A DNA stretch of 64,000 bases, taken from an uncultured Chloroflexia bacterium. GTDB taxonomy: Bacteria > Chloroflexota > Limnocylindria > Limnocylindrales > CSP1-4. Both the position numbers and the translations under genes were made by a program. Below are positions 18,523-29,561 of the stretch, piece by piece (position 1 is the stretch's first letter; each line of letters starts with the position of its first letter). The stretch lies in assembly GCA_963813535.1 (NCBI GenBank), contig CAWEZH010000002.1, positions 1,920,001 to 1,984,000 on the forward strand, read 5' to 3'. The notes beneath the pieces are model-generated. The model was not told the origin of the DNA, made no database searches, and saw only the letters and a program-made list of their open reading frames with translations.

Positions 18523-19181
18523 CGGTGCTGCCGTCGATCCGCCGCCCAGCCTTCCTCGATGGCGAGCACCGCCAGTTCGGTCCGGGACAGCAACCCGTAG
18601 CGATCGAAGAGGCGGCGCAGATGGCTTTCCACGGTCTTCTCCGAAAGACCGAGGGCGGAGGCGATCTCGGCGTTGGTGGCGCCCTCGACGATCAGGCCGA
18701 TGACTTGCAGTTCGCGATCAGATGGCCGCCGACGTGCGTCGCGCGAGCCGTGGAGTGCCGCCGCCGAGTAGGCCGTGCCGCCGCCGGCGAGCGTGCGGAT
18801 CGCGGCGACGATCTCGTCGAGGTCGGCTGATTTGTCGAGGTAGCCGGACGCACCGTCGTCGAGCGCGGCGCGGATCAGAGAGGGGTAGCCGTATCCGGAC
18901 AGGAACAGGACCGCCGGGACCGCATCGCTCCGCTCGGCACGCGGGTCGTTGATCGCGCGAAGGACGTGCAGGCCCTCGGCGCCTCCCGCCAGGTTCATGT
19001 CGCACACGAGAACATCGACCATGGACGCGAGCCCGATGGCCTCATCGACGGTTCGTGCCGTTCCGATCAGGTCGAGGTCCGCGCTATCGCCGACGGCTGA
19101 CGCGATCGACGCGAGGACTGTCGGATGGTCGTCGACCACCCCGACCCGTACGAGGCGGCGGGAGGTGCGGTCGTCCCTGAT
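18519..19181 (-). CDS. NarL/FixJ-family response regulator (start uncertain: GTG 19139 or ATC 19181)
   Basis: RVGVVDDHP, DVLVCD, GYLDK; LuxR HTH TNAEIASALGLSEKTVESH. Confidence 0.88.
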   Translation of the reverse strand: MRDDRTSRRLVRVGVVDDHPTVLASIASAVGDSADLDLIGTARTVDEAIGLASMVDVLVCDMNLAGGAEGLHVLRAINDPRAERSDAVPAVLFLSGYGYPSLIRAALDDGASGYLDKSADLDEIVAAIRTLAGGGTAYSAAALHGSRDARRRPSDRELQVIGLIVEGATNAEIASALGLSEKTVESHLRRLFDRYGLLSRTELAVLAIEEGWAADRRQHR

Positions 19182-19291
19182 GTCAGCCCCCTCTCCGATG
19201 ACGGCAGCCTAGCGCCACCAGAGTGCCGGGGATCCTCCCGCGCTCACATCCGGTGGAATCCCGCAACGGCAGGATCAACCGAGGGCGAGGG

Positions 19292-20551
19292 CTACCGGTC
19301 GAAGAGGCGCGAGACCTCCTGCAGACCGGTCGCGAGACGGTCGATGTCGTCGGTCGTCGTATAGACGCTGAAGCTCGCGCGGGCGGTGGCCGCAAGATCG
19401 AGACGCTCGTGGAGGGGCATCGTGCAGTGGTGCCCGGCACGGACGGCGATGCCGTACCGATCGAGCACCTGCGCCACATCGTGCGGATGGATGCCCGGCA
19501 GGTTGAACGGGACGACACCGCCCCGACGGTCCGGGTCGAGTGGCCCATAGAGCTCGATCTGCGGCACCTGGCGTGGCAGCACATCGAGGGCGTACGTCAC
19601 GAGCGACCGCTCGTGCTCGCGGACGGCATCCATACCCAGGCCCATCAGGTAGTCCGCCGCGACCCCGAGCCCGATGGCATCGGCCACGGCCGGCGTCCCC
19701 GCCTCGAACTTCCAGGGCACCTCGTTGAACTCGCTGCGCCGGAGGTGGACCTCCCGGATCATCTCGCCACCGGCGAGGAACGGGGGCATCGACTCGAGCA
19801 GCTCCCGTCGCGCCCACAGCGCGCCCGAGCCCATCGGCGCCAGCATCTTGTGGCCGCTGAAGGCGTAGAAGTCGCAGCCGATCTCCTGGACGTCGACGGG
19901 CACGTGCGGCACGGCCTGGGCACCGTCGACGAGGACCAGCGCCCCCGCCGCATGGGCCATCTCGGTCATCTCGCGGACCGGGTTGATGGTGCCCAGCGTG
20001 TTCGAGACGTGCGTGAACGCGACCAGCTTCGGCTTGAGACGGAGCAGCACCTCGAAGACATCGAGGCGCAGCTCGCCGTCATCGGTGATGGGGATGAACT
20101 CGAGGTCGCCGTCCTGTTCCTGCACGAGGAGCTGCCACGGGACGAGGTTGGCGTGATGCTCCATCTCGGTCAGGACGATCGCATCGCCGCGCGAGATGTT
20201 GCGCCGGCCCCACGAGTACGAGACGAGGTTGATCGCCTCGGTCGCGTTGCGGGTGAAGACGATCTCGTGGCTGTCGGGGGCGTTGATGAACCGAGCGACC
20301 GTGGCTCGCGCCGCCTCGTACGCCGCCGTCGCGCGCTCGCCGATCGTGTAGATCCCGCGATGGACGTTGGCGTTGTACTCGCGGTAGTAGTCGGCGACCG
20401 CGTCGATCACGACCGCCGGCTTCTGGCTGCTCGACGCGGAGTCGAGGTAGGTCAGGGGATGGCCGTTGATGATCTGCGACAGGATCGGGAAGTCGCGGCG
20501 CAGCGCGACCGGGTCGAGGGTGGGCCTGGGAGTGGACGCCTCGACGGCCAA
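19292..20551 (-). CDS. sufS: Cysteine desulfurase, SufS type
   Basis: YLDSASSSQKP, NVHRG, FSGHKM, FEAGTP, RAGHHCTMP. Confidence 0.96.
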   Translation of the reverse strand: MAVEASTPRPTLDPVALRRDFPILSQIINGHPLTYLDSASSSQKPAVVIDAVADYYREYNANVHRGIYTIGERATAAYEAARATVARFINAPDSHEIVFTRNATEAINLVSYSWGRRNISRGDAIVLTEMEHHANLVPWQLLVQEQDGDLEFIPITDDGELRLDVFEVLLRLKPKLVAFTHVSNTLGTINPVREMTEMAHAAGALVLVDGAQAVPHVPVDVQEIGCDFYAFSGHKMLAPMGSGALWARRELLESMPPFLAGGEMIREVHLRRSEFNEVPWKFEAGTPAVADAIGLGVAADYLMGLGMDAVREHERSLVTYALDVLPRQVPQIELYGPLDPDRRGGVVPFNLPGIHPHDVAQVLDRYGIAVRAGHHCTMPLHERLDLAATARASFSVYTTTDDIDRLATGLQEVSRLFDR

Positions 20552-20565
20552 TGTCGTGCGCCCGG

Positions 20566-21477
20566 CTAGCGGGCGGCCTCCACCGGCTCGCGGTCGAGGT
20601 CGAGGTCCGGACCCTTGGGCACGAGGAGCGCCTCGTCCGGGAGCTCAGGCTCGAGACCAGCGGCACGCAGGATCGGGCCGTAGCCCTCGTCCTCGAGCCG
20701 GAGCGCCAGCTCGCGGCCACCGCTCTTGACGATGCGGCCCTGGGCGAGCACGTGGACGACGTCCGGCTTGATGTGGTTCAGCAACCGCTGGTAGTGCGTG
20801 ATCAGCAGCACGCCGAGGTTCGGGTTGAGCATCGCGTTGACGCCCTCGGCGACGATCCGCAACGCGTCGATGTCGAGGCCGGAGTCGGTCTCGTCGAGGA
20901 TCGCCATCTCGGGTTCGATGACCGCCATCTGCAGCATCTCGAGTCGCTTCTTCTCGCCGCCGGAGAAGCCCTCGTTGACGTAGCGGCTGGCGAAGCCCTC
21001 GTCCATCCGGAGAAGGGCCATCTTCTCGCGCATCTTGGTGCGGAAGTCGCGCATCGACACGCCGCCCTTGACCGGATCGGTCGGGTCGATGTCGGCGTCC
21101 TTGTCGATGCCCTGCAGCTTGGCGTTCAGCGCGCTCCGGATGAAGGATGCGACGCTCAGGCCGGGGACGGCCGTCGGGTACTGGAATGCGAGGAACATGC
21201 CGAGGCGGGCGCGCTTGTCCGGCGACAGCTTGAGGATGTCGCGGCCCTTCCAGAGGACTTCGCCTGCGGTGACGACGTAGGCCGGGTGGCCCATCAGCGC
21301 ATACGCGAGCGTCGTCTTGCCCGAGCCGTTGGGGCCCATGATCGCGTGGACTTCGCCCTTCCCGACCGTCAGGTCGATCCCCTGGAGGATCTCCTGGTCG
21401 GGATGGCCGAGCGGCGCGACACGCAGGCCGCGGATGACGAGTTGCTGGTCGGAGGCGGCGGTCGACTGGTCGGTCAC
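20566..21477 (-). CDS. sufC: Fe-S cluster assembly ATPase
   Basis: GPNGSGKT, FLAFQYP, NEGFSGGEKKR, LDETDSGLDIDAL, ITHYQRLL. Confidence 0.96.
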   Translation of the reverse strand: MTDQSTAASDQQLVIRGLRVAPLGHPDQEILQGIDLTVGKGEVHAIMGPNGSGKTTLAYALMGHPAYVVTAGEVLWKGRDILKLSPDKRARLGMFLAFQYPTAVPGLSVASFIRSALNAKLQGIDKDADIDPTDPVKGGVSMRDFRTKMREKMALLRMDEGFASRYVNEGFSGGEKKRLEMLQMAVIEPEMAILDETDSGLDIDALRIVAEGVNAMLNPNLGVLLITHYQRLLNHIKPDVVHVLAQGRIVKSGGRELALRLEDEGYGPILRAAGLEPELPDEALLVPKGPDLDLDREPVEAAR

Positions 21478-21932
21478 GGGGTGATCAGGGCTCCTTGGGG
21501 GTCGTCGACGGAGGCGACGCGCGGTGGGGCGAGGTCGGCGAGGGTCATCGAATCGAGCGTCGAGGTGATCGCATCGCGCACACGCACCCAGAGGATGTTG
21601 ACCGTGCAGCGCGACGAACGGTCGCAGGTCGTGGCGTGTTCCGGGTCGTCGGTCGCGCAGAACATCGGGGCGATCGGACCTTCCAGGGCGCGGAGGACCT
21701 CGCTCATCGGGATCAGGCCCGGCGCCCGCGTCAGCTCGTAGCCGCCATGGGCGCCGCGAGTGCTGACGACGAGTCCCGCCTCGCGCAGGTTGACGACGAG
21801 CTGCTCGAGGTACGCGCGCGGCAGGTCCTCCTCTGCCGCGATCCCGGCCAGGCTGGCCGGCCCGGTGCCGTAGTGGCGGGCGAGCTGCACCATCAACCGC
21901 ACGCCGTACTCGCCCTTCGTCGAAAAGGACAC
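21474..21932 (-). CDS. Rrf2-family (IscR-like) regulator with three C-terminal Cys
   Basis: STKGEYGVR, YLEQL, STRGAHGGY, C-x10-C-x5-C. Confidence 0.92.
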   Translation of the reverse strand: MSFSTKGEYGVRLMVQLARHYGTGPASLAGIAAEEDLPRAYLEQLVVNLREAGLVVSTRGAHGGYELTRAPGLIPMSEVLRALEGPIAPMFCATDDPEHATTCDRSSRCTVNILWVRVRDAITSTLDSMTLADLAPPRVASVDDPQGALITP

Positions 21933-22009
21933 GGCGCCTGAGCCGTGGTAGGCCGGGCGCTGGGCGGGCTGAGGCTGGGAGCCGGTCGTGGCAGTCAGGG
22001 CGGAAGGAC

Positions 22010-22042
22010 CTCGATATCCGAGTGATTTCGTCGGATATCGAG
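22010..22042. promoter_or_regulatory. Rrf2/IscR-like operator; perfect 12-bp inverted repeat, possibly also the 3' hairpin of the metH-yitJ mRNA
   Basis: CTCGATATCCGA-N9-TCGGATATCGAG. The core ATATCCGACGAAATCACTCGGATAT resembles recalled IscR type-1 sites. Confidence 0.7.
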
Positions 22043-22043
22043 T

Positions 22044-23996
22044 CTAGGCCCGCAGGGCCGGGGCGTCAACGCGAGCGGCGGGCATGGCACGAAGCCGGCG
22101 GACGAGCTCGGCGGCCTGCTCGTAGCGCCCGAACGACGGCATGACGTAGGTGCCGGCCACCCGGTCGCCGACGACCGCCAGCAACTCCTCGGTGATGCGC
22201 AGCCCGACCTCCGCGCCGCGCTCACCGGCCTCCCGCAGCGCGTCACGCGTCGCGTCCGGGATCGTGATGCCGGGCACCTCGTGGTGGAGGAACTCGGCGT
22301 GGCGGGACGACTGGAGCGGCAGCACTCCGAGCAGCACCGGGATGGGGAAACCGGCCGGACCGAAGCGGCGACACGCCTCGCGGAACATGGCCTCGACCTG
22401 CGCCTCCGAGTAGAGCGGCTGGGTCATGATCAGGTGCGCACCCGCGGCGATCTTGCGGTCCAGGCGATCCCACTCCGTGGCCGCGTCGGCGGCCGTCGGG
22501 TCGAGGGCACAGGCGATCGTGAACGAGGCCGGCTGGCCGATCGGCGAGCCGGCCGCATCCTCGCCACGGTTGAGGCGGGCCAGGATCTCGACCAGCCCGA
22601 TCGAATCGACGTCCCACACGCCGGTCGCCCCGGGCAGGTCACCGATCCGCGGCGGGTCCCCGGTGAGCGCCAGGATGTCGCGCACACCGAGCGCGTGGGC
22701 GCCGAGCAGCTCCGACTCGAGCGCCATCAGGTTCCGGTCGCGGGTCGTGACGTGGACGACGCATTCGACGTCGAGGTCGTGCTGGATCCCGAACGCGACG
22801 GCCAGCGCCCCCATACGCACCCGCGCCATCGCCGAATCGCTGACATTGACGATGTCGACGCCGGCGTCCTGCAGCATGCGCGCCGCCTCGATCGTTCGCT
22901 CGATGCGCACGGAGCGCGGCGGATCGATCTCGACCGAGATCACGTATCGGCCGTCGGCGAGGGCCCGGGCCAGCCGCGACGGCGGTGCGGTCGTGTCCGC
23001 CGATGCGGCGACCTCGGCGCGGATCGTCGTGGAGGCGGCCCCTGCGTACGCAGGGGCGGGCGCCGGAGCGACCTCGTTCGGGGCGGTCCCGGCCCGCGCG
23101 TCGATCGCCACGCGCATCGCCGCGATGTGTTCCGGCGTCGTCCCGCAGCAGCCGCCGACGATGGCCGCACCCGCGTCGAGCATGTCGCCGACCATCCGAC
23201 CGAGATAGTCGGGGCCGGCGGCGTAGACGAACTGTCCCTCGATCCGTTGCGGCAGGCCTGCGTTCGGGAGGATCGCGTGGGGGATCGCACCGCCGTCATG
23301 GGCCATGGCCGCGAGCGCCTCGAGGCAGCCGACCGGCCCCGCGCCGCAGTTGACGCCGATGACGTCGACATCGATCCGACCGGCCAGCGCCGCTGCCGCA
23401 GCGCCGGGACTCGTCCCATCGGGCAGCGCGGCCTCCTCGCCGAAGGTCAGCAGCGCCACGACCGGCAGGTCGGCGGCAGCCGCGCGGGCCTCCTCGACCG
23501 CGACCGCGAGGTGGTCGATGAGACCGAATGTCTCGAACCAGAACACATCGACACCGCCCTCGAGCAGCCCCTCGATGGTCTCACGGAACGCGGCGCGGAC
23601 AGCGTCCTCGGAGAGCTGCACGATCTCGCGTGTCGGTGGACCGAGCGGCCCGATCGAGCCTGCCACCAGCACGTCGCGGCCGGCCACATCACGGGCCTCG
23701 CGGGCGAGCTGGGCACCACGGCGGGCCAGCCTGGCGGCACGCTCGGCGAGCCCGTGCGGCGCGAGGCGGACGCGGTTCGCTCCGAACGTCGCCGTCTCGA
23801 TGATGTCCGAGCCGACGTCGAGGTACTCGCGATGGATCGCGCCGATGAGGTCCGGCCGGGTCGCGACCAGGTCGTCAAGCACGGCGCGCTGCGGGATGCC
23901 TCGGCTGAACAGCAGCGTGCCCATGGCGCCGTCGGCGAGGAGCGGTCCGCTCGCCAGCCGCTCGCGGAAGCGGGTGCGCGCGTCGCCGACCGTCAT
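22044..23996 (-). CDS. yitJ: Bifunctional homocysteine S-methyltransferase / methylenetetrahydrofolate reductase (YitJ-like)
   Basis: [28 protein letters not shown], then VEIDPP, TTRDRN, LTGDPP, MTQP. ATG 23996 overlaps the metH stop. Confidence 0.9.
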   Translation of the reverse strand: MTVGDARTRFRERLASGPLLADGAMGTLLFSRGIPQRAVLDDLVATRPDLIGAIHREYLDVGSDIIETATFGANRVRLAPHGLAERAARLARRGAQLAREARDVAGRDVLVAGSIGPLGPPTREIVQLSEDAVRAAFRETIEGLLEGGVDVFWFETFGLIDHLAVAVEEARAAAADLPVVALLTFGEEAALPDGTSPGAAAAALAGRIDVDVIGVNCGAGPVGCLEALAAMAHDGGAIPHAILPNAGLPQRIEGQFVYAAGPDYLGRMVGDMLDAGAAIVGGCCGTTPEHIAAMRVAIDARAGTAPNEVAPAPAPAYAGAASTTIRAEVAASADTTAPPSRLARALADGRYVISVEIDPPRSVRIERTIEAARMLQDAGVDIVNVSDSAMARVRMGALAVAFGIQHDLDVECVVHVTTRDRNLMALESELLGAHALGVRDILALTGDPPRIGDLPGATGVWDVDSIGLVEILARLNRGEDAAGSPIGQPASFTIACALDPTAADAATEWDRLDRKIAAGAHLIMTQPLYSEAQVEAMFREACRRFGPAGFPIPVLLGVLPLQSSRHAEFLHHEVPGITIPDATRDALREAGERGAEVGLRITEELLAVVGDRVAGTYVMPSFGRYEQAAELVRRLRAMPAARVDAPALRA

Positions 23997-26900
23997 GCCC
24001 GCTCCCGCAGGTTCGGCGCGAGCCACCGTTCCGCCTCGGCGAGGGGGATCCCTTTGCGAGCGGCGTAATCCTCGAGCTGGTCCCGGTCGATCCGGCCGAC
24101 GCCGAAGTAGTGGCTCGCCGGGTTCCACAGGTAGTAGCCGGACACCGACGCCCCGGGCAGCATCGCGCACGACTCCGTCAACTCGATGCCGGCGCGTGCC
24201 GTCGCATCGAGGAGCTCGAACAGCGTCTGCTTCTCGGTGTGATCGGGGCAGGCCGGATAGCCGGGCGCGGGACGGATGCCCTGGTAGCGCTCAGCGATCA
24301 GCTCGCTGTTGGACAGGGCCTCATCCGGCGCATAGCCCCAGAGCTCGCGCCGGACGCGCTCGTGGAGGCGCTCGGCGAACGCCTCGGCCAGGCGGTCGGC
24401 CAGTGCCTTCGCGAGGATCGCCGAGTAGTCGTCATGCGCTGTGGTGAACTCGGCGACCAGCCCGTCCGGACCGTCCAGACCGTGGCCTGCCGTGACCGCG
24501 AACGCGCCGACGTGATCGACGAGCCCGCTGCCGATCGGAGCGACGAAATCGGCCAGCGCGACGTTCGGTCGAGCGTCGGTCTTGGCCATCTGCTGACGGA
24601 GCGTCCGGAACGTGGCCAGCCGGTCGTGGCGCTCCTCATCACGCCACACGGCGATGTCGTCGACCTCGGCGTTGGCCGGCCAGAACCCGACGACGCCGCT
24701 CGCACGGATCTGCGTCTCGGAGACGATGCGATCCAGCAGACGCCGCGCGTCGTCGTACAGGTCGCGCGCCGCCGCGCCGACCTTGGGGTCGTCGAGGATC
24801 GCGGGGTACGCACCGCGCAGCTCCCAGGTCGCGAAGAAGGGCGTCCAGTCGATCCGCTCGACGAGCTCGGCGAGTGGGTAGTCGTCGAACGTCCGGACGC
24901 CGAGGAACGCAGGGCGCGGTGGCGTGACCGTCGACCAGTCGATCGGCACCCGGTTCGCCCGGGCCTCGCCGATCGTCAGGTAGCGCTCCTTCGCCTGGCG
25001 GCCGGCACGATCGAGGCGGATGGCCTCGTACTCGTCGTGGACGCCAGTGGCGTAGGCGGGCCGCCGGTTGCTGTCTACGAGCGCGCCCGCGACGCCGACC
25101 GCCCGTGACGCATCGAGCACGTGGACGACCGGCCCCGAGTACGCGGGCGCGATCTTCACGGCCGTGTGCATGCGCGAGGTGGTCGCCCCGCCGATGAGCA
25201 GCGGGGTCGTCATGCCGAGCCGCTCCATCTCGGACGCGACGTGGACCATCTCGTCGAGTGACGGCGTGATCAGCCCCGACAGTCCGATCAGGTCCGCGTC
25301 ATGCTCGGCGGCGGTCTCCAGGATCCGTGCGGCCGGCACCATCACGCCTAGGTCGATGACCTCGTAGTCGTTGCACCCCAGGACGACCCCGACGATGTTC
25401 TTGCCGATGTCATGAACGTCGCCCTTGACGGTGGCAGTCACGATCGTGCCGGCCTTGCGGACGCCGGTGCCCTCACGCTCTTCCTCGAGATACGGCACGA
25501 GGTGAGCAACGGCCTTCTTCATGACCCGGGCGCTCTTGACGACCTGGGGCAGGAACATCCGCCCGGAGCCGAACAAGTCGCCGACGACGTTCATCCCGTC
25601 CATCAGCGGGCCTTCGATGACCTCGAGGGGACGGCTTGCCGCCAGGCGAGCCTCCTCGGTGTCCTCGACGATCCAGGTGTCGATACCCTCGACCAATGCG
25701 TGGGTGAGTCGCTCCCCGACGGGGCGCTCGCGCCACGCGAGGTCCTCCGCCGGCCGGTCCATTCCGGCACTGCCTTCGTACTGCCTCGCGATCTCCAGCA
25801 GGCGCTCTGTGGCGTCGGCGCGGCGGTTGAGCACGACGTCCTCGACGCGCTCTCGAAGGTCCGGCTCGATATCGTCATACACCGGCAGCACACCGGCATT
25901 CACGATGGCCATGTCCAGCCCGGCCCCCTTGGCGTGGTACAGGAAGACCGAATGGATCGCCTCGCGCACGCGATCGTTGCCGCGGAACGCGAAGGACACG
26001 TTCGACACGCCGCCTGACGTGCGCGTGCCGGGTAGTTCGGCCTTCAGCCGCTGTACGGCCTCGATGAACGACACGGCATAGGCGTTGTGCTCCTCGATGC
26101 CGGTCGCGATGGCGAAGATGTTGGCGTCGAGGATGATGTCCTCCGGGGCAAAGCCGACGACCTCGGTCAGGAGCTTGTGCGCACGCTTGAGGACGCCCAC
26201 CCTGCGCTCGACCGAGTCTGCCTGGCCCTGCTCATCGAACGCCATGACGACCACCGCTGCGCCATAGCGCTTGCACAGGCGCGCCTGGCGCAGGAACTCG
26301 GCCTCGCCCTCCTTGAGCGAGATGGAGTTCACGACGCCCTTGCCCTGGAGCTGCTGCAGCCCGGCTTCGATGACCGACCACTTCGAGCTGTCGACCATGA
26401 CCGGCACCGTCGCGATGTCGGGCTCGGCGGCAACGCGGCGCAGGAACCGGGTCATCGCCGCGACGCCATCGAGCATCGCCTCGTCCATGTTCACGTCGAT
26501 GAGCTGGGCGCCGTTGGCGACCTGCTCGCGGGCGATGTCGATCGCCTCGTCCTCGCCGCCTTCAGCCATGAGCCTCGCGAACTTGCGCGAGCCGGTCACG
26601 TTGGTCCGCTCGCCGACGTTGACGAACGTGTCGCCGGGCGGTGGGATGACGACGGGCTCGAGGCCGGAGAGGCGGGTCTTCGCCGGCGGTCGGACGATCG
26701 GGCGCGGGGCGGCACCGGCGACGGCGGCTGCGATCGCCTCGATGTGCTCCGGCGTCGTCCCGCAACAGCCGCCGGCGATGTTCAGCAGGCCGTGGCTGGC
26801 CCACTCGCCCAGCGCGTCGGCCATCGCCTCCGGCGTCTCGTCGTAGCCTCCGAGTTCATTCGGCAGGCCGGCGTTCGGATAGGCCGACACCGGTCGGTCG

Positions 26901-27772
26901 GCGACGCGTGCGAGCACGTCGAGGTGCTCGCGCAGCTGCTTGGGCCCGAGCGCGCAGTTGAGTCCGACGACCAGCGGGTCGGCGTGGCGGATGCTATGCC
27001 AGAACGCCTCGACCGTCTGTCCGGACAGCGTCCGTCCGGACGCGTCGACGATCGTCCCGGACACGATGACCGGCAGCCGCTCGCCGAGCTCGTCGAACAA
27101 CGTCTCGACGGCGAAGATCGCAGCCTTCGCGTTGAGCGTGTCGAAGATCGTCTCGATCAGCAGGATGTCGGCGCCACCTTCGACCAGACCGGCCGCCGCG
27201 TCGTGGTAGGCGTCCTGCAGCTCGGCCCAGCTGATCGCCCGGGCCGCCGGATCGCCCACGTCCGGGCTGATGGACGCGGTCCGGTTCGTGGGGCCGAGGG
27301 CACCCGCGACGAACCGAGGCCGACCAGGGTCGCGTGCTTCGGCCACGTCGGCGGCGGCGCGCGCCAGTCGGGCGGCGGTGACGTTGAGGTCGCGGACGAC
27401 CGCGTCGTCGAGCCCGTAGTCGGCCTGGGCGATCCGCGTGGAGGTGAAGGTGTTGGTCGAGACGATGTCCGCGCCGGCGTCCAGATAGGCCGCGTGTACG
27501 GCCCGGACCGCGTCGGGCTGCGTCAGCGTCAGGAGATCGTTGTTACCACGCAGGTCGCGGGGATGCTCGCGGAAGCGGTCACCCCGGTAGCCTCCCTCAT
27601 CGAACCCGTACGCCTGCAGCATCGTGCCCATCGCGCCATCGAGGACAAGGATGCGTTCCGCGAGCATGCCGGAGAGCCGGGCGCGTCGGCTCGTGCGCGC
27701 GAACGGCGCGGCGGCGTCCGCCTCGGACGTGCGCGACTCGCCAAGTGGCGGCGATAGGGTGCGGTTCGACAC
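23993..27772 (-). CDS. metH: Cobalamin-dependent methionine synthase
   Basis: [53 protein letters not shown]; all four modules present. Confidence 0.98.
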   Translation of the reverse strand: MSNRTLSPPLGESRTSEADAAAPFARTSRRARLSGMLAERILVLDGAMGTMLQAYGFDEGGYRGDRFREHPRDLRGNNDLLTLTQPDAVRAVHAAYLDAGADIVSTNTFTSTRIAQADYGLDDAVVRDLNVTAARLARAAADVAEARDPGRPRFVAGALGPTNRTASISPDVGDPAARAISWAELQDAYHDAAAGLVEGGADILLIETIFDTLNAKAAIFAVETLFDELGERLPVIVSGTIVDASGRTLSGQTVEAFWHSIRHADPLVVGLNCALGPKQLREHLDVLARVADRPVSAYPNAGLPNELGGYDETPEAMADALGEWASHGLLNIAGGCCGTTPEHIEAIAAAVAGAAPRPIVRPPAKTRLSGLEPVVIPPPGDTFVNVGERTNVTGSRKFARLMAEGGEDEAIDIAREQVANGAQLIDVNMDEAMLDGVAAMTRFLRRVAAEPDIATVPVMVDSSKWSVIEAGLQQLQGKGVVNSISLKEGEAEFLRQARLCKRYGAAVVVMAFDEQGQADSVERRVGVLKRAHKLLTEVVGFAPEDIILDANIFAIATGIEEHNAYAVSFIEAVQRLKAELPGTRTSGGVSNVSFAFRGNDRVREAIHSVFLYHAKGAGLDMAIVNAGVLPVYDDIEPDLRERVEDVVLNRRADATERLLEIARQYEGSAGMDRPAEDLAWRERPVGERLTHALVEGIDTWIVEDTEEARLAASRPLEVIEGPLMDGMNVVGDLFGSGRMFLPQVVKSARVMKKAVAHLVPYLEEEREGTGVRKAGTIVTATVKGDVHDIGKNIVGVVLGCNDYEVIDLGVMVPAARILETAAEHDADLIGLSGLITPSLDEMVHVASEMERLGMTTPLLIGGATTSRMHTAVKIAPAYSGPVVHVLDASRAVGVAGALVDSNRRPAYATGVHDEYEAIRLDRAGRQAKERYLTIGEARANRVPIDWSTVTPPRPAFLGVRTFDDYPLAELVERIDWTPFFATWELRGAYPAILDDPKVGAAARDLYDDARRLLDRIVSETQIRASGVVGFWPANAEVDDIAVWRDEERHDRLATFRTLRQQMAKTDARPNVALADFVAPIGSGLVDHVGAFAVTAGHGLDGPDGLVAEFTTAHDDYSAILAKALADRLAEAFAERLHERVRRELWGYAPDEALSNSELIAERYQGIRPAPGYPACPDHTEKQTLFELLDATARAGIELTESCAMLPGASVSGYYLWNPASHYFGVGRIDRDQLEDYAARKGIPLAEAERWLAPNLRERA

Positions 27773-27863
27773 TGGCAGCTCCGGGCCTCGCGGCGCAGCG
27801 GCAGGACACGGCCCGTGGACCCGGACGACCTGGTCGCTTCGAGGGAGCTCCGAAGGGAGTGTC

Positions 27864-27967
27864 CCTTATCTCGCAGGAGGACCTGCCCGGATTTGGCACC
27901 TTGCCGACGTCGCGTCGGTAGGTTGTCGTGGCATCGACGGGCCGGTCCCTCCGCCACTCTGGATAAG
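27864..27967 (-). ncRNA. SAM-I (S-box) riboswitch
   Basis: Minus strand CTTATCCAGAGTGGCGGAGGGACCGGCCCGTCGATGCCACGACAACC...GGTGCCAAATCC...GAGATAAG, about 90 nt upstream of metH. Confidence 0.93.
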
Positions 27968-28052
27968 CACTTCTTCGGTTGTGAACCGATGATGCCCGTC
28001 CCGCGTGCGCTCCGCAAGGGGGAGGAACGTCAGCCAGCGGCGAACCTTTCCT

Positions 28053-28259
28053 TTAGGCCCGGCGAGCCGCCCGCCACCGAACCGCGAGGTCGCGCACGAC
28101 CGTGATGTCGTGCGTCGCGGAGGCGTTGCTACTGCCAGTGCGCAACTTGGAGCCCGGCTTGAGCATCGCCCGCAGGTCGCGATCCACCGCGGCCTTCGAG
28201 CGGCCAGCCGGCGTCCCGCCCTTTGCGGCGCGGATTGCCTGGAGCTGTTCGCGATCCAT
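28053..28259 (-). CDS. Small basic hypothetical protein (68 aa)
   Basis: Fills the gap 9 nt downstream of the upstream stop on the same strand; no motif recognised. Confidence 0.45.
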   Translation of the reverse strand: MDREQLQAIRAAKGGTPAGRSKAAVDRDLRAMLKPGSKLRTGSSNASATHDITVVRDLAVRWRAARRA

Positions 28260-28268
28260 GACGCCGGC

Positions 28269-29009
28269 CTAGTTGACGACGAACCAGGCGACGTACGTCG
28301 CCGAGGTCACCGTCGTGTTGAGGTAGATCGTGAACGACCCGGTCGTCGGGACGACTGCCCGGACGTAGCGCCCGGAACGGTTCGAATGCAGGACCGCGAA
28401 GATGCGGCTGTTGCCCGACACGCCGGCCAGGTTGATCTTCAGGCTCGACTTGCCGGTGCCGATCGTGTTCTTACCGGAACGGCTGAACATGACCTTGCCG
28501 TCCACGCGAAGTGCTACGTCGGTGGCAGAGTCGCCGACGGCGTACACGCCGATGCCACCAGGATCGCCGATGCCGACGACGCCGGCACCACCGAGGCCGA
28601 GCACCCCGTAACTGCCGGTACCGACGACTCCCGAGTCCGGGCTGTCGCCCCAGACACCCGAGCCGAGGACATCCACGGGGTCCGCCTCGGACCAGCCGTA
28701 CACGCCGGTGAATGGTGTGTCCTCTGCGGCGAGCGTCTCATCGCCGGCCGAGCCGATCACCCCGGCAGCGTCGGCGCCGGTGTTGTGCCCGCGGAATGCG
28801 GCCTGTGCATCGTTGACGGGGTCCGCCGACGTGATGACAAGGCTTGTCTCGTTCGCTCCCGTGAACTCGTTGCCGACCGTCACGGTGTCGCCGTCGGCGG
28901 CGGCTGCGGTCAGGGGCAGGGCGGCCGAGGCGGCCATCGCGGCAGCGCCACCGGCGGCGGCGGCGAGCAAGGCACGGCGGGAGCGGGGCGCGGTCGGGTC
29001 GGACGCCAT
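28269..29009 (-). CDS. Putative Tat-exported Gly-rich protein
   Basis: SRRALL twin-arginine signal and AAA cleavage region; repeated GVxG motifs; AAGGAGGGG RBS. Confidence 0.75.
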   Translation of the reverse strand: MASDPTAPRSRRALLAAAAGGAAAMAASAALPLTAAAADGDTVTVGNEFTGANETSLVITSADPVNDAQAAFRGHNTGADAAGVIGSAGDETLAAEDTPFTGVYGWSEADPVDVLGSGVWGDSPDSGVVGTGSYGVLGLGGAGVVGIGDPGGIGVYAVGDSATDVALRVDGKVMFSRSGKNTIGTGKSSLKINLAGVSGNSRIFAVLHSNRSGRYVRAVVPTTGSFTIYLNTTVTSATYVAWFVVN

Positions 29010-29123
29010 CAGGGTCCCCTCCTTGATGATGGCGAGGATCGGGCCCCCGCCTGCAGCGGCATTCTGCCATGCAGGGATGCGCCCGAACGTTACAGATCGC
29101 GCCGACGGCGGGATCGGATGGTC

Positions 29124-29561
29124 CTAGCCCAGGCCCGCCAGGTGCTCGTTGTCGTGGTCGACCGCGTTGCGCAGCACGCCGGCAACGTCGAGCGGGCCGA
29201 AGGTGGCGTGCTGACCCGATCTGGCCCAGCCCGCCTCTTCGAGAGCGTCAACCATGGCCAGCGTCGCGCCACGGAGTGAACTGAACCGTCGCAACACGCC
29301 GTCCAGGTCAAGGTCCGGCTCGCCCGACCAGGGACCGGGCTCGGTCCATGTCCAGCGCGGTGCATCGATCGTGGCGAGGTCGCGCAGTCGCGCCTGGTGG
29401 ACGTCGGTCTCGACCGCGACGAGGTGACGGACCACCTGCTCGGTCGTCCACTCGCCGGGCGGGTAAGGACGGGAGATCGCGCCTCGAACCGCCGCGGCCA
29501 CACGATCCGGGAAGTCGGCGAGCGATGCGAGCAGGTCGTCACGCGTCGGCGGTTCGCTCAT
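29124..29561 (-). CDS. DinB/DUF664-family protein
   Basis: GEWTTEQVVRHL...DHDNEHL His triad. Confidence 0.85.
   Translation of the reverse strand: MSEPPTRDDLLASLADFPDRVAAAVRGAISRPYPPGEWTTEQVVRHLVAVETDVHQARLRDLATIDAPRWTWTEPGPWSGEPDLDLDGVLRRFSSLRGATLAMVDALEEAGWARSGQHATFGPLDVAGVLRNAVDHDNEHLAGLG

Noticed and set aside
15400-19290. Mobile element inserted between sufU and sufS
   Set aside because: No integrase or transposase, terminal repeats or GC shift seen.
22281-27757. Long + strand ORFs (595, 332, 556 aa) opposite yitJ/metH
   Set aside because: Antisense shadows expected from high GC3; no motifs or RBS.
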